Source: Abditibacteriota bacterium (GTDB lineage: Bacteria > Armatimonadota > UBA5829). From it: 64,000 bases of DNA. The stretch lies in assembly GCA_942493375.1 (NCBI GenBank), contig OW818698.1:5032568-5096567 (forward strand). The letters are read 5' to 3'. The translations under genes were made by a program, and so were the position numbers. The notes below the pieces were generated by a model. That model was not told where the DNA came from. It ran no database searches and saw nothing but the letters and a program-made list of their open reading frames with translations. This document shows positions 52,001-61,389 of the stretch, in pieces (position 1 is the first letter of the stretch; every line of letters starts with the position of its first letter).

Positions 52001-52890
52001 GCTATCAGGAGTTCCCGGAAAAGGGCGTCTATCTCTTCGGGATTCTGTTCTATATAACGAGTGTATCCGGATATGCCATTTATCTGGAATAAGTTGGCGC
52101 GTTTTTCAATACGTCGGTACAGTGTGCTCTTTTTGTAAAGTGAGAAATCATGGCTGGTGTGAGTTTTAAGCAGCTGCAAAATCCGTTGTAACTCACCAGG
52201 AGGTTGATTGCTACTATCAAAGACATCTTTCTGCCGTACAGGCACATGGTTTACATAGTCCACAAGCTGGATAGGGAGTTCATCGATTGGAGCTACAAAA
52301 TCAACAAGGCCTGTGCTGATCGCGCTTTTTGGCATACTGTCGAACTTTGCGGAGTCCGGGCTTTGCACAAGAACAATCCCGGATGCTTCCTTAATACTCC
52401 TCAATCCAAGTGTTCCATCATTACCCATGCCCGAAACGATCACAGCAATGCTCTTGTCACCATATTCTGAGGCAAGACTCCTGAAGAACGAATCTATAGG
52501 CAAGCGATGACCGTGAGGTTCTACTGGTTCACTTAGTTTCAGGTGGCCGTTAGAAATGGAGAGGCTGGTGTTTGGAGGGATCACATAGATGTTATCTGGT
52601 TCAACTAAAACCCCGTCTTGAATCTCATTGACAGGTATTTTCATAGAGCGTTGCAGCAGTTGAGGGACAAGGGCCTTGTGGTCAGGGTCAAGATGCTGGA
52701 TCACCACGAAAGCCATTCCAGTATCCGGAGGTATACCCGCAAAAAAACGCTCGAAAGCCTCCAAGCCACCTGCAGATCCTCCTACAGCTACAATGTATCC
52801 TGGCTTCTTGACTGGCTCACTGGGTGGATGCGTATCCACAGGAGACACAACTACATTCTGTTTCCTGGACTGCTTACGTTCACTACTCAT
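49066..52890 (-). CDS. Multidomain signalling protein: CheB methylesterase, CheR methyltransferase, coiled coil, PAS, GAF and a PP2C/SpoIIE-type phosphatase.
   Basis: CheB: VAVGGSAGGLEAF...VVIQHL. CheR: VWVPACSTGEEAYSLAILL. The repeat EELKSTNEELQSTNEELRSTNEEL is typical of CheBR fusions. PP2C: GGDFYDVFE...LIGDVSGKG. Confidence 0.8.
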   Translation of the reverse strand: MSSERKQSRKQNVVVSPVDTHPPSEPVKKPGYIVAVGGSAGGLEAFERFFAGIPPDTGMAFVVIQHLDPDHKALVPQLLQRSMKIPVNEIQDGVLVEPDNIYVIPPNTSLSISNGHLKLSEPVEPHGHRLPIDSFFRSLASEYGDKSIAVIVSGMGNDGTLGLRSIKEASGIVLVQSPDSAKFDSMPKSAISTGLVDFVAPIDELPIQLVDYVNHVPVRQKDVFDSSNQPPGELQRILQLLKTHTSHDFSLYKKSTLYRRIEKRANLFQINGISGYTRYIEQNPEEIDALFRELLIAVTQFFRDPKAFDYIQDKVIPELVKNAPLEGTIRVWVPACSTGEEAYSLAILLRECLDRLRPNAAIKLQIFGTDIDERAIEVARKGLYPAKIANDISPERLHGFFNQTESGYAVKKLIRDTVVFARQDLTADPPFTRMNMVSCRNLLIYFNPELQKKVIPIFHYSLSPDGILFMGTVEDIGSLDELFATIEKKWKIFRRKETTANQTRLMSIPFRAPLVETPKFEDLEKYAIMDVKEALQKTLLERYAPPSVVVAADGDIVLISGKTGKYLEPAEGKANWNVGAMAREGLKLELPNAIRRSAANRSIVFLKALNVKTNGSYQKVDVTISPLPRPVGSSELFVVAFDDVETPEVAEITTQLSGEPEARYSELEQQLEFTKERLQTTLEEMESTSEELKSTNEELQSTNEELRSTNEELITSKEEQMTLNGELKSRIDDVTALKNDIVNLMNGAQVATIFLDNDLRIKMFTPAVVGTFNIRSIDIGRPITDITQNLKYDTIEHDVLSALDTLSVQECQVESTDGRWFIMRIMPYMTLDNVIDGVVITFSDITKPKHLETALLRSESLSRALNVIHVAISSTMDFDSVMHAVLVEAAEAVGVDLGMITVNEDGLWVVRYVSNEAKLSPGLKFTAEQAPYHVLVSETIQPTAINDTRSDVRISSEMCDEYGMRSILGIPLIAGKELLGVLSLVSTAKLVEFADDDIECAHKMGLAVSLALIASRLLEAEHQAKLDAEVIRKLLAEDHSMLQQALLPGDPHITPGYQLATRFIPGAAGKQVGGDFYDVFETEDGKTAILIGDVSGKGIESAAMAAATRSTVRAFAYDMGDPAQALNHANTVIIQSPIYERFATAFLAVLDPETGGFTYSSAGHPTVMVKKSAGDVELLNSGSFPIGVVNDGDYTLDKSHLAPGDQMVMYTDGISESHNSSSMLNTDGICLLLENCISNSPADTLEALFKTALDFSGGHLTDDAAVVIIERCKE

Positions 52891-53151
52891 GCATACCCCT
52901 TGTTGCTAAGCCATACAATGGATAATCATCCGGGTCATAATGTATCAAAAGAGTTAACCCATATATTTGTAACTATATGAGTATACCCAAATCGACCGAG
53001 AAAATTATGCGTTTATACAACTTCTTGCAGGTACAGTATACGCTTTTATTTGCAACAAGGTACGAAAGAATGAGTCTAGTTCTTCTACTGAGATGATCTG
53101 GTATTGAAGTGCTCAGCTTGACACCAACAAGAGATAAAACCTACAGTAGGT

Positions 53152-53331
53152 TTATTTCCCCAGTATCTCCTCAACCTGACCGACCTTTTTCTGGACTTTA
53201 CCGGTAGTGTTTTCGATTTTGCCTTCTGTTTTAAGCTTGGGATTATCTGTTATTTTCCCAACTGCTTCCTTTACGTTACCTTTTGCTTCGCGAACACTAC
53301 CTTTGATTTTGTTATTTGTGCTGGCTTTCAT
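53152..53331 (-). CDS. CsbD-family stress-response protein.
   Basis: MKASTNNKIKGSVREAKGNVKEAVGKITDNPKLKTEGK matches CsbD repeats. RBS aaggag upstream of the re-assigned start. Confidence 0.65.
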   Translation of the reverse strand: MKASTNNKIKGSVREAKGNVKEAVGKITDNPKLKTEGKIENTTGKVQKKVGQVEEILGK

Positions 53332-53663
53332 TATATATCTCCTTCTTGGTATAAAATGGATCATTTGTATCATACCCGCATATATACTATTTCAACAAAT
53401 GAATATAAATGGCTGTTCTGGGCGATTTATTTGCAGATGATATTTGCAATATTAACTGCAGGATAAATATAATTGAACTATTATGTGCAATAGATGAATG
53501 ATGCGGGTTAGTTAGCTCCTGGTATGATTGGGTATAGTATAAGGAGCGGTAATGCTGTGGTTGTCCTGGGTATTTTTGAGATTACTTCTGTGCAACCTCA
53601 TATGCATCTACCTTCTCACCTATACCGGGCAAGCTAATGACATCAGAAAACGAGTAACTATCA

Positions 53664-54260
53664 ATGAAAACCAATATTACAGCCAAAGACTTTCCTGTAG
53701 TCTGTGTGGGCGGTTCAGCTGGCGGACTTGATGCCTATACCCGGCTACTGCAGCATCTACCTGATGATCTGGGTGTTGCTATTGTCATCGTAAATCATCT
53801 ACGGACCGTAGCCACCTTGCTCCACGAGATTCTTCCACGCTTTACCGGTATGCCGGTGGAATTGATCAGTGAAAAACTGGACATTGAACCCAACCACGTA
53901 TACATAATTCCGGAAAAGCGGGATATGCACGTTCTTGACGGAGAATTCCGATTGGAGCCGATATCAAAACCCCATGGTTGGCCGGATGTTATTACAGTCT
54001 TCATGCGTTCCTTAACAGAGCAGTGGGACGGCAAACTGATCGCTGTCATTGTATCGGGTTATGATGGTGATGGAGCAGCAGCGCTATGTGGCATTAAAGA
54101 AGTTGGAGGCATTACTATTGCACAGAAACCAGAGACAGCCATACAACCAGATATGCCTGAAAGCGCAATTGCCAGTGGTTGTATAGATTTTATTCTATCT
54201 CCCGAGGATATTGCCAAGAAAATTTCGAGCATTGCCCGTGCAGTGACCCAGAGTGAGTAA
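53664..54260 (+). CDS. Stand-alone CheB-type methylesterase catalytic domain (no receiver domain).
   Basis: VVCVGGSAGGLDAYTRLL...VIVNHL parallels the N-terminal domain of 49066..52890. Confidence 0.65.
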   Translation: MKTNITAKDFPVVCVGGSAGGLDAYTRLLQHLPDDLGVAIVIVNHLRTVATLLHEILPRFTGMPVELISEKLDIEPNHVYIIPEKRDMHVLDGEFRLEPISKPHGWPDVITVFMRSLTEQWDGKLIAVIVSGYDGDGAAALCGIKEVGGITIAQKPETAIQPDMPESAIASGCIDFILSPEDIAKKISSIARAVTQSE

Positions 54261-54420
54261 CAGGATTAGCGTTGCTGGTAAAAATCCACATGAAAAGTTC
54301 GGCTGCCATTGTCATAGTGATGACAGCATAACTTCATGCAATTTCAAGAACACCCACTTGGCATCAATATCCTCAGGCGATTAGTTACCCAATCATACCT
54401 ATATATATATTTATTCTCAA

Positions 54421-54819
54421 TCATATTGCTGCCGATTTCTCAGTTGAAAAGTGTTGTTTTACTCTAGCAGCAATCTGGCGATCAGTCATTTTGTCAACAG
54501 TCTCAATTCCAACGATGGAGCCGTTGTACCCTTCGTCCTGGAGCTGTTTTACAAATTGCCCCTTTGCTTCTCCGGGACCCATGACCAGGATTGAATGCGC
54601 ATTTCGAACGCGTGAGATTATCTCTTTGTAGTATTTACTGAGATGATTCATGTATCGCTTGTCACGCTGGTCTTCCCCGGACTCTTCCTCAGCCTCACCT
54701 GAATAACGTACACGTTTCTCTATATCCGATGATAACTGTGTTATTTCCACTGTTTCACCAATGAGTATCACTAAGACCGCTTTCCTATGATCAATCCATA
54801 AACCTATTTTATTATTCAA
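54421..54819 (-). CDS. Hypothetical protein.
   Basis: Clean 132 aa ORF. Confidence 0.4.
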   Translation of the reverse strand: MNNKIGLWIDHRKAVLVILIGETVEITQLSSDIEKRVRYSGEAEEESGEDQRDKRYMNHLSKYYKEIISRVRNAHSILVMGPGEAKGQFVKQLQDEGYNGSIVGIETVDKMTDRQIAARVKQHFSTEKSAAI

Positions 54820-54861
54820 TGTATTTCCTCTCGCATTTAAGCAGGTATAGAATAAGACTGG

Positions 54862-55599
54862 CTAATCGCTTGTATCAATCTTTCTATTATTCGGGTGTAA
54901 TGCCAACCAGGGACGAATGGCTTTTGCGACTGCTGATTGCGCTGCACTCTTCTCAGGAGGTGTCTTTGGACCTCCACTTACTATGGTTAACGGCAGTGAT
55001 GAAGAGAATAAGCCTTTTGCTCCGGCAACTCCAAGCAAGATAGTCGTCGCTGCTTTTAATGGGTTTTCCCTTGGGGCGTTGTCCATCTTAACTTTCCTGG
55101 CATCCAGGGATAGTTCTTTCTTCTTCACATCAATAATCAGCATATCCACAACGCAATCGGATTTGGTCTTTGGTCCCAGACCTATCCAGACACTTCGGGT
55201 GTGCCACATTGCATACCCTGAGATAACCCAGTCTGCTCCCAGTTTTTCACCGAGTTTAAGGAGCTCTTTTGGAGATGGGAGTGATGTTTTCTGCGCCTCA
55301 AGATCCTGTCCCATCTCCTTTGTCCAGGTATTAATAACTTGTTCTTCAGGGATTATTGAAAAACTGTCTTCACGGAAATAGAGTGATTTCATCAGACTGG
55401 TTTCCAGATACTCTTTTACAGATGCTCGTGATCCGGTTGTCCCATTCTCATAAATCCAGGGCAGAATGGCTACTATCTCTGGAGTATGCGTTGGTTCACT
55501 ACTAGACGTGTTAACTTGAAGTTCCTGTGCCATACAAGAGTTTGCAAACAACACAACCAGGAATGAAAATATGTACGTTCTCTGCATTGTTTCTCTCAC
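54862..55599 (-). CDS. Secreted hypothetical protein.
   Basis: Signal peptide MQRTYIFSFLVVLFANSCMA. Confidence 0.45.
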   Translation of the reverse strand: MRETMQRTYIFSFLVVLFANSCMAQELQVNTSSSEPTHTPEIVAILPWIYENGTTGSRASVKEYLETSLMKSLYFREDSFSIIPEEQVINTWTKEMGQDLEAQKTSLPSPKELLKLGEKLGADWVISGYAMWHTRSVWIGLGPKTKSDCVVDMLIIDVKKKELSLDARKVKMDNAPRENPLKAATTILLGVAGAKGLFSSSLPLTIVSGGPKTPPEKSAAQSAVAKAIRPWLALHPNNRKIDTSD

Positions 55600-55656
55600 T
55601 GATTTACGTATTAGTTTAGTATCATATCTTGATGAGCACGTTGAGTGACGGTTAAC

Positions 55657-56802
55657 CTACGGATTGGTCTTGACTATATTTCCTTCTTCAAGTCCGGATT
55701 TGATCTCGGTATACTTCCCGTCGCTCAAGCCAATTTCTACGATCCGCTGTTTCCATTCCTTGCCTTCCTGCAACTTCACCGCATAGTGCTTGTCAACTTC
55801 GTATACAGCGTTTGCAGGCACTGCAAGTACGTTTTGAACTTCGCCTACTTTGATTGATACTGTAGCTTCCATGCCTGGTTTAGCCTCACCCTTGGTGTTC
55901 TTGAAGTCCACTAGTGCAACATATTTTTGCCCTTGCAGGAATCCTGCTTTTTCCGAGTAGATCTCATCCAGTGAACCAGGAAAGTCCACGTTAGGTACTT
56001 CTGTAATCGTTACAAGGGTAAGGTCTTTCGGTTTCAATAAAACAAGATGCTCTTCTCGAATTCCAGCAGCAACTTTCAAAGCTTCCAGATTGACTACAGT
56101 TACTAATGGTTGCTCGCTTTCCGGGTCGGGAACGGTACCTACTTTTACATTCACTGCAAGCACAGTGCCGTTAATTGGTGATTTGACCTGAGCGGATTTG
56201 CCACCGGCCTTTGCGGCCTGGAACTGTTCCTGGGCTGTAACAACCGCCTGTTGGTAAGAGATAAGTCCTTCGTTCATCCTGGCTTGTGCATCGATAACTG
56301 CCTGTTCGTCAGCCTGTCTGTTCGCTGATGGGACAGTTGTGTCCACTGGACTGACCCTTGCATTTCTTTCTATCGATCGGGATGATGCAAGTTGCTGTTG
56401 AGCGGATCTAAGGTCCTGGCTGAATTGTTTTCGTGCCTGGTCAAGGGATCTCTGTGCACTCAATAGCGCAGTGCGTGCCTGGTCGTAATAGACTACATTT
56501 TGAGGAGCCGAGAACAGGATGAGGGTCTCGCCGCGGCTGACGCTTTTCCCCACAGTTACATATACTTTGTCTATTGGCACCTGGTAAGGTGACCGAATAT
56601 CTGCCCTTGCCGAAGCAGGTGCAACGACTGTTCCCTCCGCTGGTAAATAAGCTGTGATATCACGCTTACCGGCGATCGCTTCAGATGACTTTTTTGCGCA
56701 TCCGGTTATCATAACAACCGATAACACAAGGGATAATATCCCAATTACAAATAGTACCGATCCAATTCCCACTTTGCTATGATATAGTTGTCGCAACATC
56801 AT
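55657..56802 (-). CDS. HlyD-family membrane-fusion / periplasmic adaptor protein.
   Basis: N-terminal transmembrane anchor, a long coiled-coil (Q/A-rich) and beta-barrel/lipoyl-like flanks. Length 381 aa. Confidence 0.65.
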   Translation of the reverse strand: MMLRQLYHSKVGIGSVLFVIGILSLVLSVVMITGCAKKSSEAIAGKRDITAYLPAEGTVVAPASARADIRSPYQVPIDKVYVTVGKSVSRGETLILFSAPQNVVYYDQARTALLSAQRSLDQARKQFSQDLRSAQQQLASSRSIERNARVSPVDTTVPSANRQADEQAVIDAQARMNEGLISYQQAVVTAQEQFQAAKAGGKSAQVKSPINGTVLAVNVKVGTVPDPESEQPLVTVVNLEALKVAAGIREEHLVLLKPKDLTLVTITEVPNVDFPGSLDEIYSEKAGFLQGQKYVALVDFKNTKGEAKPGMEATVSIKVGEVQNVLAVPANAVYEVDKHYAVKLQEGKEWKQRIVEIGLSDGKYTEIKSGLEEGNIVKTNP

Positions 56803-57083
56803 ACCACCTCTGTTTATAATAAAAAACCCGGTAGTGGTTATCGATTCTCACCTGATAACCACTACCGTTCAACTTTACTCATGTCATACTACGTCTGCCT
56901 GATAGCAGATTGATTATTAACACAATCACTGCTACAACCAGCACCAGGTGGATAAGGTTACCACCCACGTGCCCCAGCAGACCTAGAAACCACAGGATTA
57001 CCAGAACCCCGATTACTGTCCATATCATCGTAGTTACCTCCATTCCATAGTCACTCATATATCATTAGGTGTATAATTTACTG

Positions 57084-57452
57084 TTAATTGGGCGGTATCA
57101 CTGAGTCCTGACCTGGCTCACCTTGTTCGCCAGTTGCTCCTGTTGCACCCGTATCACCCGTCGCACCTGCTGCTCCTGCAGGACCCGCAGTTCCGGCAGC
57201 TCCCTGGTTACCCTGGGCAGCCGGAGCTCCAGCTGGACCCTGCAGACCCTGTGGGCCAGGTGTTGTTACTGCAGGTTGTGCTATTACAACTGTGTTTTGG
57301 TGGTTTGGGGCATACCACGCGAAATACCCGATCATGAGCCCTACGATTACTACTACCAGGACTGCTATTATTGCCGTCCAGGCAGATCTCTCCTCTGATG
57401 AGGGATCTGAGGAACCAACTATGTATGTTCTCATAACAATCACTCCATTCAA
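57084..57452 (-). CDS. Small membrane-anchored collagen-like (Gly-X-Y repeat) protein.
   Basis: A transmembrane helix followed by GPQGLQGPAGAPAAQGNQGAAGTAGPAGAAGATGDTGATGATGEQGEPG, about 17 consecutive G-X-Y triplets. Confidence 0.55.
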   Translation of the reverse strand: MNGVIVMRTYIVGSSDPSSEERSAWTAIIAVLVVVIVGLMIGYFAWYAPNHQNTVVIAQPAVTTPGPQGLQGPAGAPAAQGNQGAAGTAGPAGAAGATGDTGATGATGEQGEPGQDSVIPPN

Positions 57453-57515
57453 TTTCTAATGGTTCCCAGGTCTGAATACTCAATCAGACCTGGATGCTGA
57501 TTTGTCGATACGACT

Positions 57516-57950
57516 CTATATTCGTATATCTATAAGCGCGCTTACGCCGACTCCATAGATCCTCTTTATGTTACTTGTCGTCTTGCTGCCTACCGGGACA
57601 AGGGCTTTAGCACGGATATTTGTTCCGAAAACCTTATCGCCTTCAATCTGGACGACAGCTTTACACTTAGCAACATTCTGTTTGGTTCCTATAACCTGAG
57701 CAGCTCCAATATATCCGCCGCTGCCGATTGATAGTATTGGCACTACAGCAGTCGCCTGCTGGGTGCCCACGTTCTTGTTTGCGGTCAGTGTATTCACGAA
57801 TTTATTGATCTGACCACCAAATTTACTGACTACAAACCCTATACCCCCAACCTTCACTACATCGCCTATCAAACTGCCAAAACAAGCTGCTGTAGTCAAA
57901 GATATGATTAAGGTTGCAACCAGTAGTAGTCTTTTAATTCTTGTATTCAT
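57516..57950 (-). CDS. Secreted protein or lipoprotein, hypothetical.
   Basis: Signal peptide with a Cys near the cleavage region. Confidence 0.45.
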   Translation of the reverse strand: MNTRIKRLLLVATLIISLTTAACFGSLIGDVVKVGGIGFVVSKFGGQINKFVNTLTANKNVGTQQATAVVPILSIGSGGYIGAAQVIGTKQNVAKCKAVVQIEGDKVFGTNIRAKALVPVGSKTTSNIKRIYGVGVSALIDIRI

Positions 57951-58038
57951 TTTTCTACCTCACATTAATTACTGAGCATCGGTAAGATGATAAGTACCTA
58001 TCTACAGTATTCCCACGCACAATTATGAATAAAGCGGG

Positions 58039-58764
58039 TTAGTCATTTTTCCCGTTTTCCTTTGCGCTGTTGTTTCGTTTCGAGTGGTTATCAGGATAAT
58101 ATTTACCCTGTCCTGAAGTTGGCTTATTGCTTTTCATTTTGCCGTGACCACTCATATTGTCATTCTTCGATTTATCAAGGGTGTTATATCTACCTTGCCC
58201 TGAAATATGCTTATTGGTCTTTTGCTTTGTATTGTTGTCTACTCGTCCGTCGTTTGAATGACCCGGATTACCGTTACCACGCACACCCCATGCCGGTGCC
58301 CAGGGTGGGGGACCGGAATTCCAGGGAGGACGGGTATTCGCTTTCATTTTTTTCCAGCCGTTTGGACCTTTTATTGTTACTTCGGACTTGCTCCTGTCAT
58401 AGCTAACTGGGATGTCATAATACTTCTTTAATGCGGATGCAGGGACATAAGTCACACCATTTATAAGCACAGGAGCTGATTGAAGTGTGACAGGTTGACC
58501 AGCAAACATAGCATCAAGGCTGTTTGGAGTCAGAACGAGTTCCTCTCCCTGGTAGTTCATAGTAGCATTGTTGTTTGCCGCATCCCATTGCAACGGTGCT
58601 CCTAATAAATCGGCAACACCGCCTAGAGGGAGATAGCTGAGTCCTTGATACAAAAACGGCATTATCGTATTAATATCAATGGCGCTGTTAGCTTTGACAG
58701 ACATCCATGTAGAGCTCAGCACTACTGTCGTTAATGCCAAGACTAGAATACTTCTCTTTTTCAT
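58039..58764 (-). CDS. Secreted copper-amine-oxidase-N-terminal ('stalk') domain protein with a basic low-complexity C-terminus.
   Basis: Start moved to MKKRSILVLALTTVVLSSTWMSVKA. NGVTYVPASALKKYYDIPVSYD matches the stalk domain. Confidence 0.55.
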   Translation of the reverse strand: MKKRSILVLALTTVVLSSTWMSVKANSAIDINTIMPFLYQGLSYLPLGGVADLLGAPLQWDAANNNATMNYQGEELVLTPNSLDAMFAGQPVTLQSAPVLINGVTYVPASALKKYYDIPVSYDRSKSEVTIKGPNGWKKMKANTRPPWNSGPPPWAPAWGVRGNGNPGHSNDGRVDNNTKQKTNKHISGQGRYNTLDKSKNDNMSGHGKMKSNKPTSGQGKYYPDNHSKRNNSAKENGKND

Positions 58765-58851
58765 GGTAATCATCCAGTCTGCATTATTCACCAAGCTTCG
58801 CTTTTGTCCGGTATTAGGGACAAAAGCTGAGTCAATCATGAATAATGCGGG

Positions 58852-60516
58852 TTAGTTTCCTTTGACCGTAACTATGGTCGGTTCCGATTCGTTTTCATTG
58901 GCATATATGGTTGTCGCGGTGATTGTATACTCGGTGCCCTTGCCGCTTATTAGCGTTGTAAGGTTGATCGGAGTTGATTTGAACTTCCCCTTTGAGTCCA
59001 CATCAATAGTCTGGTCTGACAACTGACCATTTGTCTCGAAAAGTCCGAGGATCTTGGTTGTATAATCCAGCTTAAGGTTTACACTGGAATTGGGTGGCGC
59101 TATACCGGTGATAATCAGAGGTGAGACAATGCTCTTTCCTTCGACAGGAGCAGTTATTACTGGTGCACCAGCAGCTACCGCAGTTGAAGTGTTTATAGTT
59201 GTCTCTGAAGTGGTTGTATAAGTCTGTCCGGATGAGGTCTTAAACGAACCTGCAATTGATGCCATATTTAAGTCCTGACCCTTTCGGACTGTATACTGGC
59301 CCTCGTAGTTACCAGAGGAAGTTTCCTGCATACTCCGGGTAACAAGTTGCAGGCCCTTAGGTGAAATAATCGAGAAAGTAACTTTGCCATTGGGTTGTCC
59401 CACCAGATTGGCAGTAATTACATCGCCGGGTTGCAGGTTGGATATGTCAGAATGAGTGAACGATTTGATTATGTTTTCTGCTCCCTGCACATCGAAAGAC
59501 CATGCTAGAGTCGTTGTGTTGCCTGCCCGGTCATAAGTTGCCACTTTTACATTGTTCAGCCCACTCCGCAGAGAGTCCTGAGGTCGGTAAGTTGCAAAGT
59601 TTTTGGTGATGATGGCTAAGTCCGTTACATCGACACCATTTACAGACATACTCACTCTTGCCGGGTCAATTCCGCTGCCATTGTCTTCGGTGACTACCGA
59701 TATACTAGGGCGAAGTGCAACGACAGTGCTCTTTGGATCTGGCGTCCCATTGATGATTTTTGGAGCTATAGTGTCAATTGAAACCGAGTTCCCCGCCTGT
59801 ATCAGGCGTTGTGTGTTTCCTATGCGCAACTGTCCCAGTACTTTACCATCTGTAACCGTCAGGTTCTTTGCAGCTGGAACTGTCCACTTTCCAACATACT
59901 GGCCCGGGCTGACTTCTTTCATCACGACTCCATCAACTACTCCTGGTATCTCAAATGTAGCCCCACCACCGGAAGTTGCTTCCATAACAACCTCAAGGAC
60001 CGATCCCGCTTTGAGCCAGCCATTCGAGTTCTGGGTGAATGAAGATATATTCGCTGTTGTCGCTGTCGGCGCTGTTGGCGGAGTTACTGGCGACGCAGTA
60101 GTGTTTATCATCACTGTCCGGGTTATGTTATCCCACGCAACATCAGATCCCAGCGCTTCACTCAGAAATCGCAGAGGGACAAGAGTGCTGCCGCCGATTA
60201 TCTGTGCAGGAACATCAAGGGTCACTGTGTTTCCGTTAACCGTTGCGGTTTTGGATCCTATCCGGAGCTGGACGTCAGTACCACTTTTTTGTGCGAACAC
60301 GGTTTGACTAGCAGCTTCCCATCCAACAAATGCTCCCATCTGTTCCAGAACTCCGCGCAGCGGTACCATTACCCGTCCCCGAACTGCCATCGGTTGTGTG
60401 CCCTGGAAACGGACTGGAGAACCATTAATGGCTACGTTTAATGACTGAGCCATGCCTGGGCCGATAGCGGCTGCCAGTAGTGTTAAGACAAAAATATAAC
60501 ATGTAAAGCGTTTCAT
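58852..60516 (-). CDS. Secreted stalk-domain (Cu_amine_oxidN1-like) protein with Ig-like repeats.
   Basis: Start moved to MKRFTCYIFVLTLLAAAIGPGMA (RBS gagga). VMVPLRGVLEQMGAFVGW and STLVPLRFLSEALGSDVAWD match the stalk domain. Confidence 0.6.
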   Translation of the reverse strand: MKRFTCYIFVLTLLAAAIGPGMAQSLNVAINGSPVRFQGTQPMAVRGRVMVPLRGVLEQMGAFVGWEAASQTVFAQKSGTDVQLRIGSKTATVNGNTVTLDVPAQIIGGSTLVPLRFLSEALGSDVAWDNITRTVMINTTASPVTPPTAPTATTANISSFTQNSNGWLKAGSVLEVVMEATSGGGATFEIPGVVDGVVMKEVSPGQYVGKWTVPAAKNLTVTDGKVLGQLRIGNTQRLIQAGNSVSIDTIAPKIINGTPDPKSTVVALRPSISVVTEDNGSGIDPARVSMSVNGVDVTDLAIITKNFATYRPQDSLRSGLNNVKVATYDRAGNTTTLAWSFDVQGAENIIKSFTHSDISNLQPGDVITANLVGQPNGKVTFSIISPKGLQLVTRSMQETSSGNYEGQYTVRKGQDLNMASIAGSFKTSSGQTYTTTSETTINTSTAVAAGAPVITAPVEGKSIVSPLIITGIAPPNSSVNLKLDYTTKILGLFETNGQLSDQTIDVDSKGKFKSTPINLTTLISGKGTEYTITATTIYANENESEPTIVTVKGN

Positions 60517-60639
60517 AGCGTGTTCCTCATTGCGTTGACCCTGAACCCGGGAATCTTGCGGAGTCTTGTGATTCTGAGGGTGATAGTTGGAGGCGGTGGG
60601 CATTCCCAGGCGCCTCATTCCATCCTGTATAGAATTGGG

Positions 60640-61389
60640 TTAATCAATCCGCAGTATTTTTGATCTTTGGTTCCAGTAGGATGTCTTGCCAGTCAGCATA
60701 TTAATATAGCTGGAAGGAACATATATCGTTCCGTTAGAAATACGGGAAGCCAGTTTCATTCTGACAGTCTTTCCATTGACATTGACTGTTCTTGTCCCTA
60801 CAGTGTGTTGGGTCTTTGCAATACGACTGTTGGCACGGATTGTTTTTGAGTTTGCATCATATACGAATGGTATATTGATGGACTTCATAACTTGCTTGAA
60901 AGGAAGCATCAAGTTTCGTCCGGTCATATAGGGCTTGGTGCTTGCAAGTGGCACTTTCCAACTTGGACCAGTGGACAGATTCTCAACGTTCGGGTTGTGT
61001 TGAGCTCTAACCTGAGGCAGGATTCGGCGCATATTTTTCGCCCAGTAATTGGCCAGGCCTGTAGGAGTTTTGCCATATGATTTTGCATCGGCTGGGGTGA
61101 CAGTAGTAAATAGTGAATTGTCTACAAAGATGCTGCTGCCCATTCCGTATTTTCTAACTGTGATTGAAGGCAGTGTCTTGCGCTCTCGCAGAAGTTCATT
61201 AGCACGCCCCTGCAAGATATCAACACGCTGCTCTAGAGTGAGGTCACCTGCACCGTTATGAACTGTGAAAAGAGGGGAGTTTGCAAACCATACTTTTTTG
61301 CTTTGCTGAGCCCATACTGATGAGCACAATAGCACAGCTATTGCTGCCAGGATGGTTGATAGAATTGTTAATCTGATACTTTGTTTCAT
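60640..61389 (-). CDS. Secreted protein with a 'VWFANSP' N-terminal module and a stalk-domain C-terminus (family chimera).
   Basis: Start moved to MKQSIRLTIL... (RBS aaggag). The N-terminal domain matches 13102, 61759 and 62906. C-terminus NVNGKTVRMKLASRISNGTIYVPSSYINMLTG is stalk-like. Confidence 0.55.
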   Translation of the reverse strand: MKQSIRLTILSTILAAIAVLLCSSVWAQQSKKVWFANSPLFTVHNGAGDLTLEQRVDILQGRANELLRERKTLPSITVRKYGMGSSIFVDNSLFTTVTPADAKSYGKTPTGLANYWAKNMRRILPQVRAQHNPNVENLSTGPSWKVPLASTKPYMTGRNLMLPFKQVMKSINIPFVYDANSKTIRANSRIAKTQHTVGTRTVNVNGKTVRMKLASRISNGTIYVPSSYINMLTGKTSYWNQRSKILRID

